Shown one piece after another: positions 1-11,500 of a DNA stretch of 64,000 nt. The stretch is taken from positions 155,375-219,374 of the forward strand of contig NW_003314418.1 in the NCBI RefSeq assembly GCF_000143415.4. Reading direction: 5' to 3'. The position numbers and the translations under genes were made by a program. Source of the DNA: Selaginella moellendorffii (Eukaryota; Plantae; Lycopodiophyta). Positions within the stretch are counted from its first letter, which is position 1. Each line of letters opens with the position of its first letter. The notes beneath the pieces are model-generated. The model did no database searches, was not told the origin of the DNA, and was given only the letters and a program-made list of their open reading frames with translations.

Positions 1-429
1 CGGTAAAGTTGATCAGTCTTCAACAAGGTCGTTGCTCACCAACTTTGGGATCGAACAGGACTGCATACTATGGCTACTCTTTTTACAAGTCCTTGTTGTG
101 TTAAATTATTATAAAGTAATTGTGGCCTACTTCTAATTGTGTTGTATAAAGTCGTGCACATTCTCACTATAAGTGTCTATATTCTCAAGTTGATGGTGAT
201 GTTCAAAAAGTCTGAGCTGAGTAGTGGATATATTCTAAATGTTGTTGTCCTCAAAGTTGTTGTTAATACAGGTTTTTAGATTCTTGATTCTTGTATTTTT
301 ATTTTTGATTGCTATCCATGCTTTGATTAACTGTTATTTTTATTCCCCATTGTCCCCAAAGGACCTCCACTTGTTAAATCCTTAGTATTTAATTTCTATT
401 TGCTATCTGATAAATGTATATTTTCGTTT

Positions 430-1800
430 TCAATAATGTGAAGAAGAAATGCAAGTGCTTATTAGTATGGTAGATGGTATACTATTACCAAAAAGAGTTT
501 GGGATAGTTTCCATTGAACTAGACTACCTATTTCCAACTTATTTGAAACATCAACAAAAGAAGAGATTGAGATTTCAATGTAATCCCACCCTAAAGTTAT
601 GTTGTGTAGAGCATCTTGAGGATCTACAACAATAACTAATCCCTCAACCACAACTGCATGTATAGCATCCACTATCTTCACAAGAGCTTTATACCATATA
701 CTACAAGCATTTATATCTATAGAAGAACAATCAGAATTAGGGATATTCTTGCCTTTGGAATATTTTTACTCTCTATCTTCTGTGGAATAACATCTTTATC
801 ATTATTCCTCTGTGTTCCAATTATATTTCTCTAAGAGATTTTGGTAGAAAATATTTCTATTGGAGACATCAGTTGATTCTGCTTCTATATAGAAAACTCA
901 CTAAAATCCAACTCACCTATAAGGTAGGAGTACTTCGAGTTAAACACCTTAATAATGCAAAGCAAAACACATCTAACTCTTAAAAAAGCATAGTGACAAA
1001 TGCAAGTAGCATCTAAAGATTGTATTCTTCCCTTTGCAATTGATTCTCCATTATCCCAAACAATCTCTATTACATCTCCTTTTAACAACTTGAGAAAAAC
1101 AAAGAAAATTACAAATATCAAAACACAAATAGAAGGAAAAAAGTACAAAAAAAAGACAAGAAAATAGGAAATTAAAAAACAAAGCTCCTTTTGTGAATAT
1201 GAGAAAACAAAACATGAAAATATATAGCAAAAATAATTAAAAATGCATAAAATAAGCACACACAAAGTCAAAGAATTTCTAGCATGCACTTGCACGCTAA
1301 AGACCCAATTTAATGTATTGATGAAAGAATATGAGCTCACAATAAACCAAAGTCAAATTAGGAGAGAAACAGATTGGTAAGTGCAAGTTTGTAAAATGAC
1401 CAGAGAAATGGGGGTTACTTAACTTTGAACAAGCATGGTCTCACACTCATTCTTAAAAGATGTAAGGATTTCTAACACTCTCTCTCTCTCATGGTCTCTT
1501 GTTTTTTTAAGCTAGTGTGTGGGTTCATGCCTAGCCAAACTCAAATTTGAGTTTCTCCAAAGAAGCTTGAGATTTCTTGGCGTGCACTTGTACACCTGTA
1601 GACCAGTTTTGGATGACTCTCTCTTGTAAATCTTTGTTCTTTTGTTTTGAGATCTTTAAGCATGCGCTCTCATCCCTATAAACAAGTATGGGATGACTCT
1701 CTTGTAAATACACTACACTATCATATAGTCTCACGCCAAGCAATACTAAAATACAAATGTATATTCTTTATAATAATAGAAACCATATGTTTTGAGGAAA
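430..1800 (-). pseudogene. Degenerate CACTA/En-Spm TnpA-like (Tnp1/Ptta-type) remnant
   Basis: Two segments resemble the Tnp1/En-Spm domain (ESIAKGRIQSLD...; VVEGLVIVVDPQDALHNITLG...GSLVQW). An upstream SKQKNKDLQERV..WSTG stretch resembles the Ptta/En-Spm motif. Stops are present. Recognised by eye only. Confidence 0.45.
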
Positions 1801-2143
1801 GAAAAACTTACCATGGCTATAAACAAACCAAAACAGTGTGGGAGAGATATGTGCTTAGGATGTGCTAGAGAGGAAGGAAAAATGCCTCCTAATATGTGAT
1901 CCATGAACCAGTAGTGGCGAACCCTAGAGAACCCAAATAATAAAACCTAAGAAAAAACCATAAGGCTAAGAGGGGGAAAATTTGAAATGCAAGCTTGACA
2001 AAGAATTTGAAATGCAAGGGTAGTGTTATAATACTAATAGATTGTATCAGCTTTGTTTGAATTTAGGCAGGATTATTAAATACTGTAGTACAGATATTTA
2101 ATGTTGTCATATAGTTCAAGAAGAGACTCCATAAAAAGTTTTT

Positions 2144-4322
2144 TCAAAAAATGAGATAATTAGAATTTTTAGTATTTATTGAAATACTTGCCTTTGGCAC
2201 CATGCCAAACAGTGGAGGAGAGTCTGATGATGTCTTGGATGGTGTTACGCTACCTTTGTTGAATGTATCGACATATCTGCAAAAACCTCGTGAGATTGGA
2301 GTGCTGCGAATGACCAAAACGGTACCTTGATGTAACGTTTTGATGTGCGTGAGCTGCGTACTGGTTACTGCTCGGAGGCATTGGTGGGATTCCACTCACA
2401 ACCAGTTGCGGCCTTTCCGGAGTTGGCTGTGGTCTCTCTGGAGACATGGAAATAGGAGCGCCATTCTCCTCCACGCGCGAGAGAAGCTTGTTTGCCGTGG
2501 GAGGAGGAGCCAACAGAAGCTCTGGCGCTTGTGCCTCGGCTCCTTCTTCAACCCAGCGCTTCAGTGTCTCATCGTATCTAAACTTGTGCTGTCGCCAAGC
2601 TTTGCCTGCATCACGTACCAACCATCAATCAGCTAGTGCTCTTTCCAAAGCTTCTACAAACCTCCTTCGAAGGTGTTTTTATGAAGCCCATCGCTCTTTG
2701 CACGAAAGAAGTAAAGACGCCTCTGCTTGGCGTTCCTTTCGCTGGACTAACAATCTGATGAAAGAATACAAGTCTTAATCGAAGGTACACAAGAGCAAGT
2801 CGAGTTACCTGTGCAGGCCTAAAGTCAGGCTCAGAAATGCTTCTCGCTGGCATGTTGGATCTTCTCATATTATTACTTATGGGTTCTATTGATGCTGATG
2901 AGGCAAGTGACACTTCTTGTATTATCACTTATGGGTTCTATTGATGCTGGTGAGGCAAGTGATACTTCACTTATGGGTTCTATTGATGCTGACGAGGCAA
3001 GTGATACACTGCTTCTGCTAGAAGTTGTTGCGGGACAGTTATTAATATCAGCATATCAGAAGCTTTCGGGAAAGAAGGGCCTGTCATCTTGTGTAGACCA
3101 ATATTGCCAAAAATCCGTTGCACAATTGATGTCAAGCCTCCCTGGATAACAGGAAAGTGAGTATAAAAGCCGAGTGTCCGATTACAAACCTGAGAGTGAA
3201 TACGAAGACGCTCTTCCAAGGCTACAGCCGCTTCTTTGCACACATCAGCTGCATGGCCCACTGTTTTCAATGTTTTCAACACCGCTTGGCAATACCTTTG
3301 AAGAGAAACCTTAAGGATACAGTTCAAATCACTACCAACCTTAAAGCTTCATTTATCTTTCCAGCTTCAGCAAGCATCGACACATAAATAAGCTTGTATG
3401 GCTGAAAAGGAAGTAAAATAAACTGGGAATTGCTGGTCACTCTTGCAAATTCGTACACTTCCATTTGCTGATGAAGAAAAGGTTAACAATTGTTATTGAG
3501 GACAAACACAGCTTACCTGGATAGCTTCTGGACTAGTGTACGTGCGTGGATACTTACAATGGTCAGCACCTATAAGACAAAGTCTGGCAGAAGGGGAGAA
3601 AGGCTCAAAACTAGCATTTGCAACAAGATAGCAAATATGGGCTCCACATATCTGCAAGTTAAAACTTCAAAGTGTGACCATGTATATACCTCATCTCGAT
3701 GTCTCCAGAGACAATCACCAAGATGCATAATCACTCTCTCGTCCCCATTAGTTCGGTTAGCTGCCATTATAGCCAGGTTTTCCTGCCATTCTTCGAGCAT
3801 TCCTTCTACTGCGTCCTGCAAGTCAACATGCACTCCTTAAGCAAGAGAGTAGCTTGATAAAAGTATTTCACCTGTGTTGCACCATCTACAGCAGACGCTG
3901 GAACCGGTTGAGGTTGAAGCGCTGTTACGTTCGACAAATTAGTGTTCCCTACGAACACTCCGGCATGTTGACCAGCATAAAGAAGAGTTAGAGTCCAGAG
4001 GGGAAACCCTGGTTGAAACTGACGTTGAGCCATCTCCGCTATAGTGTCGGTGTAGAACTATTAAAAACCACAAGACCATCACTAACGGTCTATACATCAA
4101 AGCTACAAGACAAGGTACCTTCTCTCCCAGCTGCCGGGCCATAAGAAGAGCACATCCCCAAAGTTGCCCGTCTTGAGCAGCCCGTAAAGCCTCTTTCTGC
4201 TTTCCGGCAATCAGTAGCCTTTTCACCTCAAATGCAGTTGCCTGTCGCCAGAAAGTCTTTATTTGTATCAACTCAAGAGAAAAAGACTGCCCAACCTGCA
4301 TTTTCTGTTCGGTTGGAGTTGT
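2144..4322 (-). pseudogene. SEC16: 5'-truncated, intron-containing SEC16 (COPII/ER exit site scaffold, MAG5-like) fragment
   Basis: Motifs QATAFEVKRLLIAGKQKEALRAAQDGQLWGCALLMARQLG, WQENLAIMAANRTNGDERVIMHLGDCLW, QFILLPFQPYKLIY..MLAEAGK and KFRYDETLKRWVEEGAE. Short GT-AG introns. There is a 1-bp frameshift near 2585 relative to the duplicate (LGDSNKFIYD), and the N-terminal half is absent. Confidence 0.88.
2875..3004. repeat. Three copies of ~36 bp ACTTATGGGTTCTATTGATGCTGATGAGGCAAGTGA (periods 52 and 42 bp)
   Basis: GGGTTC recurs at 2881, 2933 and 2975. The inverted duplicate has only one copy, near 51155-51190. Confidence 0.9.
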
Positions 4323-4342
4323 CTGTAGACAGCAAGAGCCAA

Positions 4343-4628
4343 AAGCCCATGACTCTACATCGCGCTCCTCCTTTATGTTCTCAAACAAAGCCTCGGCTTC
4401 TTCCAAATGCCCTTTCCTGGCCAATGCTGTGACGAGGGCAGTCTGCGCAACGATCGTCTTCACGGGCATCCGATCAAACAAATCCTTGGCAGAAGCTATC
4501 TTTCCACTGCGAATGCAAAGCGTGATAATCACATTCCAAGAGATCTCGTTCTTCTCTGGAGCCAATTCGAAAATCTCTCGCGCTTTATCAAGATGCCCGT
4601 TGTCGGCATATGCCGTGACGATCGAGTT
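4343..4628 (-). pseudogene. PLS-class PPR fragment (~3 short repeats), truncated at both ends
   Basis: NSIVTAYADNGHLDKAREIFELAPEKNEISWNVIITLCIRSGKIASAKDLFDRMPVKTIVAQTALVTALARKGHLEEAEALFENIKEERDVESW. Confidence 0.9.
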
Positions 4629-5938
4629 CGTGGCGGCCGCCAGGGAGCGTGGATTGGACGTGGGCTTTTACCTCTCGCCATGGGATTTGCACGAGAGCTG
4701 CTATGGCGACACTCTTCTCTACAACGAGTTCTACTTGGCTCAGCTCCACGAGCTTCTTACTGGGTGAGTGAGACATTCTTTGCTTCTTCTTCACGCATTT
4801 TTCTTGGTGGCATGATCACTGTGTGATATGTTTGCATTTGCTCCAGCCCATCAAACGGTTTTAGCATTAGGAACTCGCGAGCTTGTGGGCTTTTGTAGTT
4901 TTTATCTTTAGCAGCAGATGCCTTGACGCGGCATTTTGTTTTTGCGTGCAGATATGGGCCGATCTCCGAGGTGTGGCTGGATGGTGCGAAATCACCCACT
5001 GCAGTGAACATGAGCTACGATTTTGAGCTCTGGTTTGACACGATTCATCCCCGGTGCCAACATCTTTTCCGACGCTGGCCCCAACATCCGATGGTTTGGG
5101 AATGAGTATGGCGAGGCCGGACAACCATGCTGGGCGATGGCGAACAGATTTTCCATTACGATCGGCAGGAGCGATGGCCAGTACGTAAAATCCATCCTTC
5201 CATGAAACTTTCGTTCTCGTGAAACTCGATCCAATTCGCAACATCAACAGGTACTTGATGTCTTGAGAGAGTGCTGGAACCGACTGGCTCCCTCCGGAGT
5301 GCGATATCTCCATCAGGCCCGGTTGGTTTTGGCACAGGAACGAGGCTCCAAAATCCCTGGAGCAGCTGCTCGACGTTTTCTACAAATCATCCGCCAGGAA
5401 CTGCTTGCTCCTGCTCAACGTCCCTCCAAACTCGTCGGGACTGATCGACGAATCCGACTTCCAGACGCTGGAGCGGTTTAGCTCCGCCATAGATTCCATC
5501 TTCAGCGTCAACTTAGCAGCGAATCCCTTGTCCGTGACAGCAAGCAGCGTTCGCAGCTCTTCGTTCGGGCCGAAGCAAATCCTTGACGAGCGTATGGAAA
5601 CTTTCTGGGCTCCAATGCAAGGGGAGACGACCGGCTGGATCGAGCTTGATCTTGGCAAGGTCTCAAAGTTCAACGCACTGGAGATCCGAGAGCCAGTAAA
5701 CATGGGACAAAGGGTCATGGAATATCACGTCGAGGCATGGGACAGCGAGCTGGGCTGGTACCTGGTGAGCAACGGTAGCACCATTGGTTACAGGAAAGTG
5801 GATCGATTGGAAGAGGATCAAGTATGCGCTGCTCGCCTTGTTCGACTGCTGATTGATGCATTGCGGGGAGATCCATTGATCTGCTTCTTTGGTTTGTACT
5901 TCGATATGTACAACCTCAGGCACTTGTCTTCTATTTAG
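4624..5938 (+). pseudogene. FUC1: 5'-truncated GH29 alpha-L-fucosidase 1-like pseudogene with two retained introns
   Basis: Motifs GFYLSPWDLHESCYG, YGPISEVWLDGAK, IFSDAGPNIRW, ECDISIRPGWFWH, LLLNVPPNSSGLI and FNALEIREPVNMGQR. Introns at 4764-4951 and ~5184-5250. Frameshift near 5048 and in-frame TGA at 5264-5266. Confidence 0.9.
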
Positions 5939-7679
5939 AAGAGAAACTACAAGAGGATATGTATATTTCTTTTCAGGTATGAGAAACATAGCTTTGGGTT
6001 GGAAATCCCTGGCCTGATCAATAACAGTCTCTTTGCATCACTCCTAACAGATTGGAGCCTAGAGAACAACCAAAAAAAATCAAGAGCTAGCCCTCTACCT
6101 TTTGAGCTCATGGAAAGTACCCTTGCATGGAGGTGGCAGCTGGTTAAACTTGAGAAGTTAGCTTGTCTGGAGGACCTCCTATTGCTCCTGCTTCCTCACC
6201 ACAAAATCACACCTGCAAACACATGTCCAAACATTGAACTAGTAGTTCTCAGATTTAAAAGCTTTGAAAATACATTAGAACATCTTTTTGGCATGTAGTC
6301 AACGTGATGACCATTATTAAAATGTTTTTAATTTATAAACACAAAATTATTCTAAATAAATATCAACAATTAAATTATAGAATATTCAAGAATACCCAGG
6401 TATATCTTATGTTGGTTTGCTTAAGCAAACCAAAAATATAGTGCCTAAATTGAAGAAATACTCAAAGGTGTAAATGACTATAACTTAACTGAAGCCATAA
6501 AAGATAGGTATTGTGGAAAAATAAAGAATATATGTGTGCAAATACTAAACAGGTCATACACCTTGTGGGTGTTCTTTTGCAAATAGCTTGCAGAAAAAAA
6601 GCTATTAAAATAAATATTTGATTTGTAAAGAATACTTGATGCATTAAAAATATAAGCTTATATAACACTTTTTCTCCATCTAGCATGTCATAGAGGACAA
6701 AGTAGCAATCTATTTAAATTATAACTCAATGTAGATTAAAATCACTAAAGGATGATCCTAACAATTCAAAACAACTATTATACTTGTCTCAAAAGACTAG
6801 CAATATTCTAATCTGAATACCAATCCTGGATTTGGAATGATGCTAGACTGGAAGATTAAAGGGAACTGAAGTATATCTCTAGTTGAGTCTAGTATTCCTA
6901 AGAGTTTAAGAATGATTAAGATTGTACTCCAATATGTTAGTTTTGAAAATTTTCATATACTTATATTCCATGATATTGGAAGAGAAGGGAATAGATTGGT
7001 CACGAAACATTGAACAAGTGCTAGTTGCCATTGAAGAAGCAATATTGCTCTATACAACAACATTATATATAAAACTCCACCCTGCAGAATAGAAAGAAAG
7101 TTTTCGAAAGGAATGGATGACTAGGAAATGGCACTTGTGATATTTCTTATTTCCAATGGGGAGAATTGTTTGGGATGTTGAGCATCCATGATTGCTATGC
7201 TAGATAATATGTTTGATAACATATGTCAAACTTCTCATCATCAAATTACTTAACTATCCTTCATTATGCATATATTAATTCCTAAAGCTCTCCAAGGATT
7301 TGGTTCTTGACAGATTATGGCATTGACTTTGCGGAAGAGTTGATAAATTTCCTTGTAAAATCGCCTTGCATACATGCTTTGCAAAGAACAATCCAGTCAA
7401 CATAGATTAAGCCCATCATAAAAGTGGGCCCATTGTCTTTAAACTTAATTCTCTGTATCAACATCCAATGAAGCCTTCGTAAATGCTAGCCATCAACGAA
7501 TGGGCTGAGGCCCAGCTCCAGCAACATGCTGTGCAATGCTTCGCAAGCGGAGAGGATACCATATGGAACACAGAGAGGAGAACATATGAAGCATGTTGGG
7601 AGGCAACCAGGGAGATAGGATACAAAAGGAAGGCAATGGGAACGAGCTATCACCCTACTTCAATGAGCCCATCTCCACC

Positions 7680-8540
7680 TGCGCCTCAAACGCAAGCTTT
7701 CTACACCACTACTTCCCATTTTCAATGAGCCCACGATGGCTACACGCCATCAAAACGAGGGCAAACGCTGCCTTGTCGGGATCAAAGCCATGAAGAAACA
7801 TCGCCCAAAAGAGCTGGATCGCAGAATACACATGGCCGGTCTGGGCATATGCTGCTAGCATCGTGTTCCAGGAGACCAAATTCCAAGTTGGTATTCTATC
7901 AAACGTCTTCTTTGCCTCACATATATTTGCATCTAAAGCGAATCAAATCCCCATTTTGGGCATAGCAGCAGTGCATTGCCCCCCAGAGGATTGCGTTTCG
8001 GTGGACAATCTCCTGGAAGACATCCTCCGCCTCCTCCACGAATCCATTCTCCGCAAACATGACGAGCATCACTGTGCGAGTGATGCTGTTCTTCTCGGGC
8101 ATGGAATCAAATGCGGCCTTTGCATCGCCCACTTGCCCGCGCTGCGCAAAACCCTGCACAAGGATCGTCCACGCTACCACATTCATCTTGGTCATCCGAT
8201 CCAGCACTTCTCTTGCTCGCCCAATCTCTCCACTGCGAGCAAATCCCTGCAGCAGCGTCGCCCACGTCTTGCAGTTCCTCTCGGGCATTGCATCAAACAC
8301 CGCCTTGCTCGATCCAATCCGCCTGCAATCGCCCAGTGCCTTGACCATCACAGTGGAGGAAACTACGTCCCACACCGCCATTCGATTGAACGCTGCCTTG
8401 GCCTCCCCCGGATGCCCACTCTCGGCATACGCGGTCGCAAGCGCTGTCCATGATGCGATGTTCTTGGCCGGCAATGCATCAAAGATCCTTCTCGATTCCT
8501 CCAAATGCCCACACCACGCGTAGACAACCAGCGTTTCCAT
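7680..8540 (-). pseudogene. PLS-class PPR pseudogene (tandem ~31-aa repeats)
   Basis: ORF 7917-8540 has repeated FD.MP.KN..SWT.L..AYA..G motifs. It continues after a frameshift (KTFDRIPTWNLVSWNTMLAAYAQTGH...VLMACSHRGL). No targeting peptide or DYW domain seen. Confidence 0.88.
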
Positions 8541-11500
8541 ACATAATATCTATGCTGATGACTTATGATTAGTAAACAGAAGTACAAGAGACTTGCTATA
8601 ATGAAACTTCAAACAATTAAACACTGAATAGAGGAAATTGCTAAGCCAAAATCCACCAAGATCATCACATTTATACTATTTATGACTCCAGCAAAAACAA
8701 ACATAAACTACTCATCCTCCATTAATTCTATATTGCATGTTATAAATCCATTGCATTCTATATAGCCTGCCTTCTGAAAGAGAGTGGAGGAGAGAGAATA
8801 GGAGGACTTTTGTTATTTGTTGGTGATAGAGAAGCACAAGAAATAGAATTCCTATTATCCATAAATGTCAAAAGAGAATAAGAATATTTTTTAGCATATT
8901 ATTGACATTTGGCAAAAGTTCCAGTGTTATGTCCCCATCCATATCATGAACAATAATTATGTTATAACACGGTATGAAAGGTCAATGATCTAATCTTCCT
9001 AAACTAGATTAAGCTCCTTCTTGAAGTTCCTCACCACCCAACCACCCCCGAGCTACCTCAAAAGCTCCTTTGCACCCAGTGAGCTCTAGGGTAGGTTAAA
9101 TTCTTTACTCTAACTTGCCTTAATATACCCTTGAGCCTCCCTTTGACTGACATTGACCACGTGGTCAAAGCTGGCACCTAACAATTCTTCCCCCTAATAA
9201 AGTCTTTGTGCCAAAGAGAAGTTGTACTAGTGATCACCCTTTCTAGGGAACCCTGCTCAATCTCCTAATCCATCTTCCACAGTCGTATACATTAAGAAGG
9301 CATTGGGCCTGTCACTCCGAAATAATACACCTTTCAACTGGCTAACATAAAATACTAAATGAATTTTCACCCCAGCTGGCAGCCACACTTGATAAGCCAC
9401 CTTACTGATGTGCTCTAACACTTCAATGGACTAGCATACTGATGGCAAAGTTTATCACTTTTCCCATTCTACAAAGGCACTAAAGTGTTTCACTACTCAC
9501 TTGACAAAAAGATCACTTGCACAAAGATAAAATCACCCATCTTATATTCCTAGAATTAGTGATGCTCATTAGCAAACTTCTCCGCTCTATCCTGAGTTGC
9601 TTGCAAATTCCGTTTGCATGCCACCAAAATCTCATCAAGTTCCGTAGCCAGATTAGTCACCTCTAAATTAAGTTTTTCTTGAACATCCTTACTTAAATGC
9701 AATTCCAACTCCACTGCTGTTCGAGAATGCCTTCCAAACATGGCAAACTAAGGACTTAGCTTGGTTCCACTATATTGCCTATTGTTATAGGCAAATTGCA
9801 CCAATAGAAGATATAAATCCCACAATCCTTGCCTTTGACCAATGCTATAGTGTAGCATATCCTCCACCACTGGATTCACAAACTTGGTTTGCTCATTCAT
9901 TTGAGGATGATCTCCACTTGAGAGTTTCAGAGTCACTTGCATAGCTTTTGCAAAGCTGTTCCAAAATCTACTAATGAACTTTGAATCTCAATTGTTAGCA
10001 ATGTCCTTTGGCAAACCAAAATCAGGAAAAACCTTCTCCAAGTAGACCGCAGCCAAATCTAAGGCAGTGACACTCTTCCAAAGAGCCAACAACCGCACAT
10101 ACTTTATTAAGCGATCCACTATAACCCATACTTACTCCTTTTACCTCTATGTTCGTGGCAAACAAGTGATGAAGTCTATGGAGATACTACACCAACAGCT
10201 CTAAGGAATAGGTAAAGGTTGCAAAAGTCCCCCCGACTTCTCCCACCTTTACTCGTTGACAGAGCTCACATGACTTACAGTACTCAAGGATATCAGCCTT
10301 TATATTCCTCCAATAGAAATTGTGTTTAATCAACTCATATGTCTTCTTCCCCCCAAAATGACCGGCCTCTAGACGATCATGATAGTGGAATAAAACTTGA
10401 ATAATTAATGCATCCACCCGTGGCAAATACACATGGCCATTGTAGTAAAGAATCCTATCCACCAATGAGAAAGGTGCTTCCATCTGGGGTTGCAACGAAA
10501 CCACCTCAACATCCTAAGCCTGAGCACACTCAACCAACTACTCAAACTCGCTAACCACCTTACTCAAATGATGACAAAACTATGTTTGTAATGCCATCAC
10601 ATGGCAAACATGAAATAAAGCATTCGCCAGCATATTTGATTTTCCCAAATGATACTCAATAGGAAACTCCCCAAACTCCATGAGTTTGACCATCCAACAA
10701 GCTTGCTTAGTGTTCAACTCCTTCTGTGTGGAAACATATACAAGGGGTTTGTGATCCATCAACACCATGACCACTACACCATAAAAATAATGCCGCCACG
10801 TTTACAAAGCATGAACAATGGAGAGTAACTCTTGCTCATATGTGGAATAGCATTGCTCCGTGGGATTCAAAGTTTGACTCTCATATATAATAAGTTGTCC
10901 CTTTTGTATGAGAACTCCTCCCAGTGCATAACCACTCGCATCACAAATGGTTATGTCATTGCTTCTTCCACTTGAATGACACATTCTTGTGCAACAATCA
11001 TGTCAAAAGAATAGCCACCTCTGCAAACTTATGCTAAAAATGTCAATAGTAACTAGCTATACTAAGGAAATTGTGTAACTCAACCACTAAAGTCGGTGTA
11101 GGCCAGTTTTCCACCATAACCACCTTCTTTAGATCCCTCTTGACACCCTTGGATATCATAATATGGCCTAAATAGTCCACCTTCAACTTTGCAAACTCAC
11201 ATTTGCTCTTCTTCACATAAAATTTGTTGTCACGGAGTAATAAAAGAACCTTGTGCAAATGCACCTTATGCTCCTTCATATTCTTGTTGAAAGCAAGAAT
11301 ATCATCCAAGAAAATCTCCACAAACTCATGAAAATAACGCTTAAAGACCTTTGTCATCAACCGAGTAAATGTGGCTAATGTATTCGTCAAACCAAACGAT
11401 ATAACCGTAAACTCAAAATGCTTGAAACTTGTGTTAAATGCCATCTTGGAGATAGATGCATCATTCATTGCAATCTGATGATATCCACTCCTTAGATCAA

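Larger units (their letters stand above)
1..3484. repeat. Segment X, present as an inverted duplicate at 50663-53914 + 60973-61036
   Basis: Mirror ORFs on opposite strands: 885-1340/52616-52882, 1531-1743/52213-52425, 2629-2928/51174-51434 and 2980-3327/50875-51186. The reverse complement of 1-60 matches 60978-61036. Confidence 0.95.

Noticed and set aside
1908-1916. CACTACTGG on the minus strand as a CACTA terminal repeat
   Set aside because: No partner TIR, subterminal repeats or 3-bp TSD found. The mirror copy near 52040 is explained by the segmental inversion.
6300-7480. AT-rich stretch with a DNGP-like motif on the minus strand
   Set aside because: No supporting ORF or further motifs; cannot be assigned.
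7863-8523. Plus-strand ORFs of 196 and 154 aa (also 4375-4826 and 17771-18190)
   Set aside because: Antisense shadows of PPR, fucosidase or transposase coding sequence.
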